This document shows, one piece after another, positions 12,240-22,414 of a stretch of DNA of 64,000 nucleotides. Each line of letters begins with the position of its first letter. Positions within the stretch are counted from its first letter, which is position 1. The DNA comes from Flectonema sp. DT1601 (taxonomy: Eukaryota), in NCBI GenBank assembly GCA_964019425.1, contig OZ025783.1:186001-250000 (forward strand), in the 5' to 3' direction. A program made the translations under genes and the position numbers. Below the pieces are notes generated by a model. It was not told where the DNA came from and ran no database searches. It saw nothing but the letters and a program-made list of their open reading frames with translations.

Positions 12240-15200
12240 TTAAAACCTTGTAACCTGATGTGTGTTTGAGGGATCAAACGGATTACCACCACCAGCATAT
12301 TGATTATGTGGTGAATAAGAATTGTAAGTAGCTTGGTGTTGTGGAGAGTACGAGTTACCCTGGCTGTACTGGTTTACAGGCTGTTTTTTTTTTTTTTTTT
12401 TTTTTACCCCACACTGTGGTGACAACCAAAAATAAAATAAAAAATAAAAATCAGGGAAAAAAGGCCGCATACCGTATCCATTGTATCAAGAGAACGGTAC
12501 TGAGCGTTACTTCCATAATGCTGATTCTGATTGAAGTTGTTGTTTTGTGAATATGAAGGAATCTCATCTTGAGGTCCAAAAATATTCTTAAATGGTTGTT
12601 GCTGACCAACGAAATCTGATGCCCAAGGGTCTTTCACATTCATATTCGCCAGATGCTCTAATTGGATTTCTTCTTGAGTGTGAGTGTTCCGTTCTACTGA
12701 TCTAGCTGGTGCTGCGTCTTCTTTTTTGTAGTGTTTCACCATTTGACGAGGGAACAGTTTCGGTGCTTCCTGTAGTGGTGTTTTGGTGTAAAAGGTACGA
12801 AAATTACAATAATAACAATTAAAAAACAGATATGAAAAACACATACTCCCTTGAGAACTTCTCGGTCGAAATCACGTCCTCGACGCTCCCAAATTTGGAT
12901 TACGTGAGCCAAATTTGGTTCAAATTGTCTCTTATAGACTTTCCAAACAAAGTCTCTCAACAAGCATGTTACTACCGTGACAACTATTATACACCAAGGA
13001 TAGGCATATCCGAGTGTTTTGTGAATAAGATACCAACTAGTCCCCTCAGTTAGAGCAAACCAATTGCAATAAATTATTAGAAACAAAAACCAAGAAGCTA
13101 ATGCAGAAGCATAAACAAAGATATGAACCGATGTAAAACTAGTTGTTTCAAGACAGATTTTTAAAGTAACTACAAATATGACGGAAGTATAACCAATAAC
13201 ACCAAGCTCTGGTAGTCCAAAAACCCATCCGTTGTCTGGATTTCCCATGTCTTGAATACCCCAAGCAGGTAAGAAGAAGCATACTGCACTATGAAAGATG
13301 GCGTTGAAGGTAAAAAACCAGAATATCCTCGTGTTAAACAACTTACCTTTCCTTCCATCTGAATACAGCTCTGGGAATTGTGATAGCCCTGGAGTGTCAG
13401 CATCTCCAACTAAACGTTTTGGTTCCACATCTCTATCAAGAATAGCCAAAACCAAGATTGGTAAGAACGTAAACGAAACGTTAAAACCCATCAATGAAAA
13501 AGAATCATACAACGACTGTCCTGTAAAGGCATTGAATATTGTGTACCAGAATTGAGTTAGATACAAACTAATGTTTTTATAAAATGAGTACAAAATCAGT
13601 TTTGAAACTCTCCTGTAGTTCCACCTTCCATGAACCAACAACAGTCTCTGCAGGTACTTAAACTGTCCGATGGCATAGTCTGCTGCGTTGGCAGCTTGTT
13701 TTCCTTCTAATCCACTGATACCGATACCAACGTGAGCTTCTTTAATCATTGAGACGTCATTAGCACCGTCTCCAATAGCGAGAGTTACCTCTCTGAGATT
13801 ATCCTTTACTAGTTTTACTACTTGTGCTTTTTGACCAGGTGTGACTCTGCAACAGATGACAACTTTGCAATGTTTTGCAATATTGAGAAAGTATTGCGCA
13901 TTGCGAGAATCTTGTTGACGAACTGATTCCTGTTGTCCTCCGAGGATTAGTTGTAATGTATTTCCCTGAACAACTATTGCAAGATCTTGTCCGTAATCAC
14001 GTTTAACTGATTCAGCATCACGAGCGTAGTTCTGAAGAGTTAGTGAAATGTTTGATTCTGTAGTGGTGTCATGAAACTTAAATATTCCCATTTCATCATT
14101 GAGAAGCCTACAAGAAAACCCGATATTGATTGCTGTCTCTTGCTTATCACCAGTAAGAACCCAAACCTTAATACCAGCTGCTCGAAGAACTTCAATTGTT
14201 TCAGGGACACCGTCTTGGAGTTTGTCTTCGATGGCGGTGGTTCCAATCAATTCCAAATTTTGTTCAATTTCTTCGGCTGCTTCAGCGGTGAGTCGTTCTC
14301 TGTCTCCAATACTTTCGGTAGCCTTTTTAAACTTTGGCATCCATTTGGCATATTCGTGTTCATCCAATGTAGCTGTTGCAATGCAAAGTGTTCTTAGTCC
14401 GTCTTTAGCGAAAGCTGTTAGAAAAGCTTTGCTAACTTCTTGGATGTGTCGTTCTTGTGCATTTGGAGTCTTCTTTAATCTTTCGTAGATAACAGTGTCA
14501 GCTCCTTTACAGAGTAGTAGTAACTTACCTGTCGGATCTCTGACGATTACAGACATTCTTTTTCTGTCAGAGTTGAATTCCAAGGTGTGAAGGATTTTCC
14601 ATTTTTCAACCGTCTTCTCTCCAGACTTTGATCGAATATGCAGAACGATGTTATCGCTGGTTCGCTCGATAAATTCGAATCCGAGATACTTTGTTCCCGT
14701 GACAAGACAAGTTTCATCAGGTGACTGTGATTGATATTTTAAATCATCTCCCTTTCCTTCAGTTACAACTGAATGACATAGAGCAAGTGTTCTGAAGAAG
14801 TTTGAAAGATCTGCCTGATTCGATTCATTCATCCAACGATATTGTTTCGTATTATCAATCTCTGATATTCTGTCGTCGTAGAAATTAAATCCTTTCCTTC
14901 CTGTAAAGCTTCCTTTTGTACGTTGTTCTGTTCCATAAGTTGTAGCTCCCACAGATATTTTTAAAAAGTCCATTATATTACAAGTTAATGTTCCAGTTTT
15001 ATCACTAAACACGTATTGAACTTGTCCAAGCTCTTCATTCAGAGCTGATGAGTCAGCAACAGCAGGCATATCATTCTCAGCGTAGTACATCTGCAGATCT
15101 GTACGAATATTCTTTGCTTGCATAAGCTTAACTAGTTCCATCGAAACGTATAAAGAGATTGGTACTAAATTATTAAACAAAATTAAGAAAGTTCCGAATC

Positions 15201-16251
15201 CCTCAATACTACTCATTGCAGCTGAAGGGATGTCAGTCGGAGCGAGGTACCAATAGTTGTTGAAGTCTGAAGTTTTAATGGCTAAACCAATAGCACAGAA
15301 CACAACAAAGAATAAATCTAGAATAAAAATTCTAAAGATTTGAGTGTTAGTATTTCTCTCCAGTTGGGAAGTCTTTAGCTCTGAATCTTTTTGATTCATC
15401 ATAAGTTTTGTTTCCTTACCAGTGTATACTACTATGCCTATAATTCTATCAACATTTGTACCAAGACGTGCTCCTCTTAGAAGAATACTAAAGAAATCAA
15501 CTGGTGCTCTGGTATGACGATTAGTGGCGTCTACACGTTCTAAATATCCTTCAAAAATATACATGTCTTCATCAGGATGTTTACATGCGACAGTTCCTGC
15601 ATATTTACCAGGATCGTTTGGGTTGAATGCGGCTAAGGATGCCGGTGCAGTTAGAGGTTCTTGATGTTGTTTTCGAAGCTTTAAATTTGTTTCACCATCT
15701 AAATTCGATGTTTCAATATAACAAGTACCCTTTTCAGTAGGGGCGTACATGAGAAGAAGATCAGCTGGGAATTCTTGTCCGTTTGCTACCTCAACAATGT
15801 CACCAACACAGATGTCTTTCCAGGGGATTTCAACCCAGCCATCGCGGTAGGCTCGAGAGCGTTGATTGTTTGTTTCACGGTCACGAGTATGTTTTTGGTA
15901 GTCTTCGATGCATGCCTTCACCATTGACACAGAGAGTACGAATCCGAGAGGACCAATTGTAGTGTATCTCCCAGTAGGTGATAATCCAGGAATTACCTGT
16001 AAGCAACCAACTACAAGAAAATATATATTCGCGTACCTCCCAAACTGTTCAAACAAATTCCTCCACAAAAAGAAATTAACATGAAGTGGTATCAAATTGT
16101 ACTTACTAGTCTTAATGTCATTGGCGGTGTATCTCTTCTTGTTTTCACGATAGGTCGACATGTCGCTGTTTATTTTAAATTTCCTCATGCGACCTTCTTC
16201 CTGTGCTCGCTCATCTCCGATGAGCGGCTCAGTTTGTTCTGTGTCTTCCAT
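12240..16251 (-). CDS. P4-type ATPase (phospholipid flippase). Exons 16251-12847, 12769-12473, 12380-12240
   Basis: Motifs NLDGETNLK, PISLYV, FSDKTGTLT, AIGDGANDV and LLLVHGRWNY. Two GT-AG introns (12846-12770 and 12472-12381) join ORFs 12404-12844 and 12240-12470 in frame, giving a Q/N/Y-rich C-terminal tail. Confidence 0.95.
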
Positions 16252-16475
16252 TTTGTGTTACTGTCTGTGGTGTGCTACCTCATACACCACTCCTGGAGGA
16301 AAAATAAAATTATTATTTCACATTAAATACACTAGTATTCCAGCAATATTAGAGTGAGAGGGGTTATCGCAAAGAAAACTATAATCAATAATGTCATCAA
16401 AAAATATAACGGTTTAGTTTACCAGCGCCATACTCCTCCCTTACCAAGCCTTTTTCAAGAAACTAAGCGAGTTAA

Positions 16476-16529
16476 CTAATGATGTGACAGGTTGCGACAT
16501 TACGTGTCGAGAACCTGTCACATCATTAG
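16476..16529. repeat. Perfect 18-bp inverted repeat forming a 54-nt hairpin
   Basis: ctaatgatgtgacaggtt (16476-16493) pairs with aacctgtcacatcattag (16512-16529), with an inner cgacat/gtgtcg stem. Confidence 0.9.
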
Positions 16530-16600
16530 AAAAGAGAAATCTCAATGGAAGAGTCAAGAGTTGTGGTACAAATTAGAATTTGAGTCTACCCAAATCAATC

Positions 16601-16681
16601 CATTGTTCTGCTGTTCAATTTAACTATTGGAATACGTCGTTTCAGAGCTTTAATCTTTTTAGAAGCCCTGGGGACTTCATT
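16601..16681. repeat. Local dispersed repeat, copy A (copy B at 17096-17204; partial copy near 36161-36190)
   Basis: cattgttctgctgttc...tggaatacgt.gtttcag...ttaatc...gggacttcatt is shared by copies A and B. Confidence 0.8.
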
Positions 16682-17095
16682 GTTGTATTATTAATCGCAG
16701 GAAGAGTCAGAGTTGACTCCTGGATTGTTGAAACGTAAAAAAAAAATTTGAACAAAAAAATAATAATAATAATAATAATAACTTGCATGGACGAATCGGT
16801 AGCATATTCACACAAAGCTAACGAAAAAATTAAAAAGCAGCTTAGTGCATGGGAAGGTCTCATCAATTTGTGCACAACCCGTGAACTGCCTTAAACTGAG
16901 AATGCTAAAAGAGATTTACGTTTGCTGCAAATATTCTTTTATTGAATGCAAAAAAAAGAAACTGGGTGATGGCAGATGGTCAAATCTCGTGTGTGGTTGG
17001 AAAAACAACACCTTTAGTAGTCAAAATATAAGTTTATTATAAAAAAAGTGCACTAAATTAAAATATAAAAAAAAGAAAAAATTATAAAAAAAAAA

Positions 17096-17204
17096 CATTG
17101 TTCTGCTGTTCCATAGTACACTGTGGAATACGTAGTTTCAGGCCTTAATCTTATACTACTCGTCCCTCTTAGGCCTTCATCAGTAAGTTCTAAGGGACTT
17201 CATT
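17096..17204. repeat. Local dispersed repeat, copy B, containing a hammerhead-like core on the minus strand
   Basis: Homologous to 16601-16681. The minus strand reads CTGATGA-AGGCCT-25nt-AGGCCT-GAAAC. Confidence 0.75.
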
Positions 17205-17438
17205 CCAGTTAATTAATAAATCGGATTTATCAATTGGTCTATTTAGCAATAGTTAAATACATAACACAATATAAGAGAACTAAAGATCTGGGTGAACGAC
17301 TTGTCAAGACAATAAAAAGGGAGGCAAAAAGTATTGAGAAAAAAGCATGTTTACTGACCTCTATTTAAAAGAGAAGAGAGAGAAGCTATACATTATTTCT
17401 TTGTAATACACTTGGAGTTAGTAAATTGAAAGAAGAAA

Positions 17439-18053
17439 TCATACTCGGTAATAATTACTAGTCGACTCTTCAGTGTCTATTATGCAATTCGTATCGAGCT
17501 CAAACTTTTTATTCTCAACCTTGTTGATTGGTTCAACGTTTGACTTCCTCAAATCATTATTGGGATTAGTTTGTCTTACGTAATGGACGACTCCACAACA
17601 AACTGTCATTACACAGAATGAACAAAACATTATTCCGAATACAAAAAAAAGCTTATGCTCGCCAGTATTCATTTTGTATTTAAATTCTCGACAGCTATTG
17701 TGAACATAGCACGTTCGTGTGCTCCCTACTCTATCTTTGATTTCTCGTGGTACACGGCATTTTTCTACCACCTCATACAATTCCTTGTCGCATACAGGCG
17801 TAGATACAAGATGCCCGTAGTTATGGGAGGTTGCTCGGTCAGATCGTGCACCTCTTCCACAAGCACCATCTTTTATAATCTCTATTATGGTACAGTCGGT
17901 TTTTGTACTTTCCGATTCGTATTCTTCGGACAAAAACAACAATCTCCCTCGAACAGCAGCCATTGGGACGCCAACAGCTAAGAACACACAACTGCAAGTC
18001 ACCAATATGAATATATCAAAGTAACTTTTCTTCTCTATATTTTTTAAAAACAT
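17439..18053 (-). CDS. Small 2-TM protein with Cys-rich loop (paralog of 18678-19241)
   Basis: 204-aa ORF with two hydrophobic helices flanking a loop with 6 Cys whose spacing is shared with the neighbour (TDCT/TTCT, CG, TPVC/TPEC, VG..R.CYV...C..FKY). Confidence 0.8.
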   Translation of the reverse strand: MFLKNIEKKSYFDIFILVTCSCVFLAVGVPMAAVRGRLLFLSEEYESESTKTDCTIIEIIKDGACGRGARSDRATSHNYGHLVSTPVCDKELYEVVEKCRVPREIKDRVGSTRTCYVHNSCREFKYKMNTGEHKLFFVFGIMFCSFCVMTVCCGVVHYVRQTNPNNDLRKSNVEPINKVENKKFELDTNCIIDTEESTSNYYRV

Positions 18054-18297
18054 AGTTTTTTTAAATACTGAAAAATGTAAATATATAACTCAAATCGGAA
18101 TGCTAAACAAAAAAAAAAAATAGTTCAAAAAAAAAAAAGCAAATAAAATCGTGTTTTTGAAGGATTTTAAAAAAAAGAAAAATTTACAAAAAAAAATATT
18201 ATTTTACAAAGTTCATAGATTTGCGAATCTTTTAAAACTTGTACTTGAATACTTAATATGTGTTAGCAGGAAAGGGGTGAAACTTCAATGTAAAAAC

Positions 18298-18452
18298 AGT
18301 AACAACTTTAGGTATTTAAAAACAAAATTAATATCAAGTACCTTGACTGAAAAATATTTGTAGTTGTTAATCAAAGAAAATTACGTTTAGAAAAAAAGTA
18401 AACATAAAAAGAGAAAACTATATTTCTTGTCTTACCTACCAGAAGACGTTGT
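18298..18452. repeat. Dispersed ~155-bp AT-rich repeat (second copy 34882-35045); its end runs into the structured motif
   Basis: agtaacaact...caaaattaatatcaagtacct...gaaaaatatt.gtagttgttaatcaaaga...taccagaagacgt is present at both loci. Its first ~35 bp recur at 18551-18585. Confidence 0.85.
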
Positions 18453-18520
18453 CGAATCTGGTAATTCGGGGGCCACGTACTAACAGGTTGAGCGTCCCAT
18501 GCCCTGTAGTACGTTACAAC
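18437..18520 (+). ncRNA. Candidate structured RNA motif, copy 1 (family unknown)
   Basis: taccag..gttgt-cgaat-ctggta-attcg-ggggcc-[acgtac..hairpin..gtacgt]-t-acaac. The pairings covary with the copies at 32894 and 52095. Confidence 0.5.
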
Positions 18521-18677
18521 TTACACTTAACCGAAGTTAAAAGAAAAAAACTTTAGGTATCAAAAACAAAATTAATATCAAGTACTTGAGATGTGTTAGA
18601 AGGAGAGGTAATTTGATATGCATTCATAAGCTCAAAGGAACAACAATTTCCCCGAGGAGGGAAGAAAATATTATCCA

Positions 18678-19241
18678 TCAGACTTTTTGTGTCATTTCAC
18701 AATAATCAACTGAGATAGGTGTTTCTTGTTGTTCACATTCACTTTTAAGCTCTGCAATTCGTTCTGCTTCTTTTCTCTCCTTGTTTTCTTTATTTATTCT
18801 CCGAATAGTGCGTACTGATAACCCGCATATGATACACGACAATATCATTAAGATACAACCAAAGACAAACATCTCTATATTAGAAGAGTTGCTTATTGTG
18901 TACTTGAATCTCTTACAGTCATAATTCACATAACAGATTCTACTATCTCCCACAGTAGCACTAAGTTGAGTATCAAAGGTACAAGTATCCATAACCTGAT
19001 AGATTGTATGACTACATTCTGGTGTTGTTATGGTTCGTCCAAAGTTACTTGAAAGTCTCCTATCGGCTCTCGCAGCTATTCCACATTGGGAATCTTCCTT
19101 CATCTCAGTAACAGTACAGGTGGTTTCCCAACTGTTTTTGTTATAATCTTTCGAATCGACTATCTGCTGTCCCCGAATGATAGCAATCGGAAGACCAACA
19201 GCAAATAACGCCAAGGCAGTACATGTTAGAAACCCCAACAT
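18678..19241 (-). CDS. Small 2-TM protein with Cys-rich loop (paralog of 17439-18053)
   Basis: ORF 18678-19319, likely ATG at 19241 (MLGFLTCTALALF). Same Cys pattern as the neighbour and a charged C-terminal tail. Confidence 0.8.
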   Translation of the reverse strand: MLGFLTCTALALFAVGLPIAIIRGQQIVDSKDYNKNSWETTCTVTEMKEDSQCGIAARADRRLSSNFGRTITTPECSHTIYQVMDTCTFDTQLSATVGDSRICYVNYDCKRFKYTISNSSNIEMFVFGCILMILSCIICGLSVRTIRRINKENKERKEAERIAELKSECEQQETPISVDYCEMTQKV

Positions 19242-19655
19242 CGTCTTGTAGAAAATAAAAATAAATTCACTACCGTCAGGAAGTAGTACCCTCACCAGTA
19301 AAGGTACTGTTTGTGTCACGAAACCGTGAATCGACTTAAACTGATAAAGTTACGTAAAGTATTAATCACCACTACGAAACCATGATGCTGTACAGAGATC
19401 ATCTGTGTTGTTATCACCTGAGAAAGAAAGTGATTGCTATCGACAATAAAACAATTGTTTATTTTTTTTTATTTTAGAAGTTTTTTTTTTCTTTTCTTCT
19501 TTCCTTTAATTATTCGATTGCGAACAACAAAAGAAAGAAAAAAAATTTTAAAAAATCTAAATCGGTACACGTTATGGGAGGCAAAAATGTCTACCTACCC
19601 TATTGCAGCAAGAAAGTAGCGTGCATGAGCACGCAATTAGAATTCGAAATGACAT

Positions 19656-20744
19656 TTACAATCCTTGCATTGAGATTATCTCTTTAACAGAACTGACACA
19701 TTCAGTAGCGTTGTCGAGTTCGAAATCTGAGGCTTCCACTTCTGTCGAATAAGACATCTGAATTACAGCGAGGTCAAGAGATTTAAAGATTTCAGTTTTC
19801 GTATAATTCGTATCGCATTCCAATACTTTTGAAATTATAAATGCGAGGTTTGGCATCCCCTGACCTTGGAATGACAATCCTGACATAACTGAATTTAATA
19901 TAATACCGTGAGACACAGAGAGATCAAGTTGAAAATCATCTCCACCAAATGAATGCGTAAACTTTGGGGTTCCTGATATTACTAATTTTTTAAGATCAGA
20001 TGAAATGGTTTCGATCGCATCAGCTTTGGCATTAAAGTCGAAACTATCTACTTCTGTGATACCATATTCAGATTTCCAATTCCTTTCCAATGCATCAAAA
20101 AAATCAGTTGAACCATCTTCAGTATGTAAAAATCTTTTCGGACCAACTTCCGGATATCTGTCTGAAATATTTATAACAGGAGAACGGACACTTGGTACTG
20201 ACTTACCTTTCATGTAAGTAGTTGTGTGATTATTTGGTTGCAAGATTCCCTTTAAATTACTAAGCTTCGTGTCAAACAGGAGAGTCCCGTGGTGATAAGC
20301 AGCTTCATTATTAAGTCTAAATGCTGATCCACAAATCTTATCTTCACCAATCCAGAGATCATGTCGTTCACCTATAGACACGTCGGTAGCTCCTATGTCT
20401 TTGAGGCTTTGTGCTATAACTTCTATTGATCGTTGTGGTTTATAATCAGGTCTTGGTGTGACAATTGAGAAACATAAACAGCCAGGATCATGATAGACTG
20501 TACCTCCTCCACTTCTTCTTCTTACTAGCTCAATTCCTCTGTTTTTCATCTCTCCAACATTACTTTCCATGTATTGATTCTGATATCTTCCAACAATAAC
20601 AGAACAAGTATTGTAATAACCGAGTAGACCTGCTCGTGGTATTCCTTTCCGATGACTGATCTCTGCTTCTTTTAAAAAGACTTCATCAAGTGCTAAGTTA
20701 TAAAATGGGCATGTTCGAGCTGACCTGGCTATGCTGCCAATCAT
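19656..20744 (-). CDS. lplA: Lipoate-protein ligase A / lipoyltransferase
   Basis: Motifs NLALDE, VIVGRYQN, RRRSGGGTVYHD, KICGSA, HHGTLL and SVRSPV. Confidence 0.93.
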   Translation of the reverse strand: MIGSIARSARTCPFYNLALDEVFLKEAEISHRKGIPRAGLLGYYNTCSVIVGRYQNQYMESNVGEMKNRGIELVRRRSGGGTVYHDPGCLCFSIVTPRPDYKPQRSIEVIAQSLKDIGATDVSIGERHDLWIGEDKICGSAFRLNNEAAYHHGTLLFDTKLSNLKGILQPNNHTTTYMKGKSVPSVRSPVINISDRYPEVGPKRFLHTEDGSTDFFDALERNWKSEYGITEVDSFDFNAKADAIETISSDLKKLVISGTPKFTHSFGGDDFQLDLSVSHGIILNSVMSGLSFQGQGMPNLAFIISKVLECDTNYTKTEIFKSLDLAVIQMSYSTEVEASDFELDNATECVSSVKEIISMQGL

Positions 20745-21080
20745 CGTTACTGCCCTAGATTAGTAGTGAGTGATAGTTTGACAATGTAGAAACAGTTTTA
20801 TAATACTAAAATAGAAAATAAAGTGTGAGGGGGGTATCAGACTTTAAATTCTCAGATACTTCGTAGCACAAAACTGACTCAGCGATTTCCATCTGATGGG
20901 TTTGCTGTTTGAATTTTTAATAATATTTGAAACATTTCTTCAAAAAGACAACAACTCTAACTGCAATGGCTTTGTGAAGTCACATGTGCAGAATGTGCAT
21001 CCCCAAACTCTCGGTACAGATGACACATAGAATCTCCGTTATAATAAGTTGATAGCAAGCTATTCAGAGAGCAGGTACAG

Positions 21081-21977
21081 TTAGGCACAACGAAGAGATA
21101 TCTTTGCGATATCGGCAGCGTGGAATTTCTGAATTGAATGTCCACCGTCCGGGTATGATTTAATAAGAACTTCAGTTGAGCTATCACCAACACCATATGC
21201 CTGATGTACAGCTTTTCCCAAACAAAGAACTGTGTGTTCTCTACATATTTGATCTGATGCGGAATACGCCAACACCACACGTGGACGAGACGATTTACTT
21301 CCGACAGTTTTAATAGTTTCCCTGATGCGATCAAAGTCGAGGTGACCAATTCTTTTTTGACTTGCCAACACTTCCGAATTTGGTAGAGAAGGAAATCCTA
21401 CTAAATAATAAATAAAAGGAACCACATATGACATTATCGTAGTTACAAGTGTACTCACATGTATCTGTTTCGATACTTTCTGAACAAAGCTCCAAGGGAG
21501 AAGTGCAAGAGCTCGGTGGGGCTCTACACCCGCAGGTGCAATGAGAATAATATTAGTTATAAGTTTCGGGTTTAAAAGCGCCATTTCAAATGCTATATGT
21601 GAGCCAAGAGAGTGCGCGATAACAGTAATTTCATGTTGTGATCCAAAAACATCAGCCACAGCAGATAAAACAACTGAAGCAAGATTCGCATTGCCGTATC
21701 CTTTGGCACAGGTTGCTTCACGACTGCTTCCGTTTCCTGGGAGGTCGATTCTTAATACGTGATCACCTTGTTCTTCCAATTGATAACTTAGGTATCTAAA
21801 ATCCTTAACAGACCCTGGACATCCGTGAATGCAAACAACCTTTCTTCCATTTTCATTACCTCCTTTGCAGTATCCTATTGACCCAAGGACACCGTCAACA
21901 TGAGGTAAGTAACGAATAACACCATCAGTCTTTGGGAGTACTCCAGTTAGACTTCTTCTGGTACCAGCTCTTAACAT
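21081..21977 (-). CDS. Alpha/beta-fold hydrolase, possibly with a mitochondrial presequence
   Basis: IHGCPGS oxyanion motif, DLPGNG, nucleophile elbow AHSLG and C-terminal GGH. The N-terminus is Arg-rich. Confidence 0.88.
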   Translation of the reverse strand: MLRAGTRRSLTGVLPKTDGVIRYLPHVDGVLGSIGYCKGGNENGRKVVCIHGCPGSVKDFRYLSYQLEEQGDHVLRIDLPGNGSSREATCAKGYGNANLASVVLSAVADVFGSQHEITVIAHSLGSHIAFEMALLNPKLITNIILIAPAGVEPHRALALLPWSFVQKVSKQIHVSTLVTTIMSYVVPFIYYLVGFPSLPNSEVLASQKRIGHLDFDRIRETIKTVGSKSSRPRVVLAYSASDQICREHTVLCLGKAVHQAYGVGDSSTEVLIKSYPDGGHSIQKFHAADIAKISLRCA

Positions 21978-22169
21978 TTTATAAATAACGTGCTGTTAGT
22001 TGAGATGATATGAAGCAATCAGACGAACGAACCTGTAGTCAAGAAGTCATGTCCTGTAGAACAAAAAAATAATCAAGTCGCAGAAATACTAATCATCAGA
22101 CTTTTTCTACCAATGTCGTAAAAAGTTAAATTAAGGATTCAACAATAAGGAAAACATTACTTTTTATTG

Positions 22170-22204
<35 letters not shown>

Positions 22205-22414
22205 CCCGAAAAAAAAATGAACTTACTAAAAAATAAATAAAACAGTAGGATTTGTATATAATATGTATTCATTTAACAAACAAAATATCTAACAAGAAGA
22301 GGCAAGATGAGGGTACGTAACAGGTGAGCAGTGTCGCCTAATTCGCTTCGTAGGAGGAAAGACAAATACCATCGAGTATAGACAAAGTAATACTACAGGT
22401 AATCGATAAAGAAA

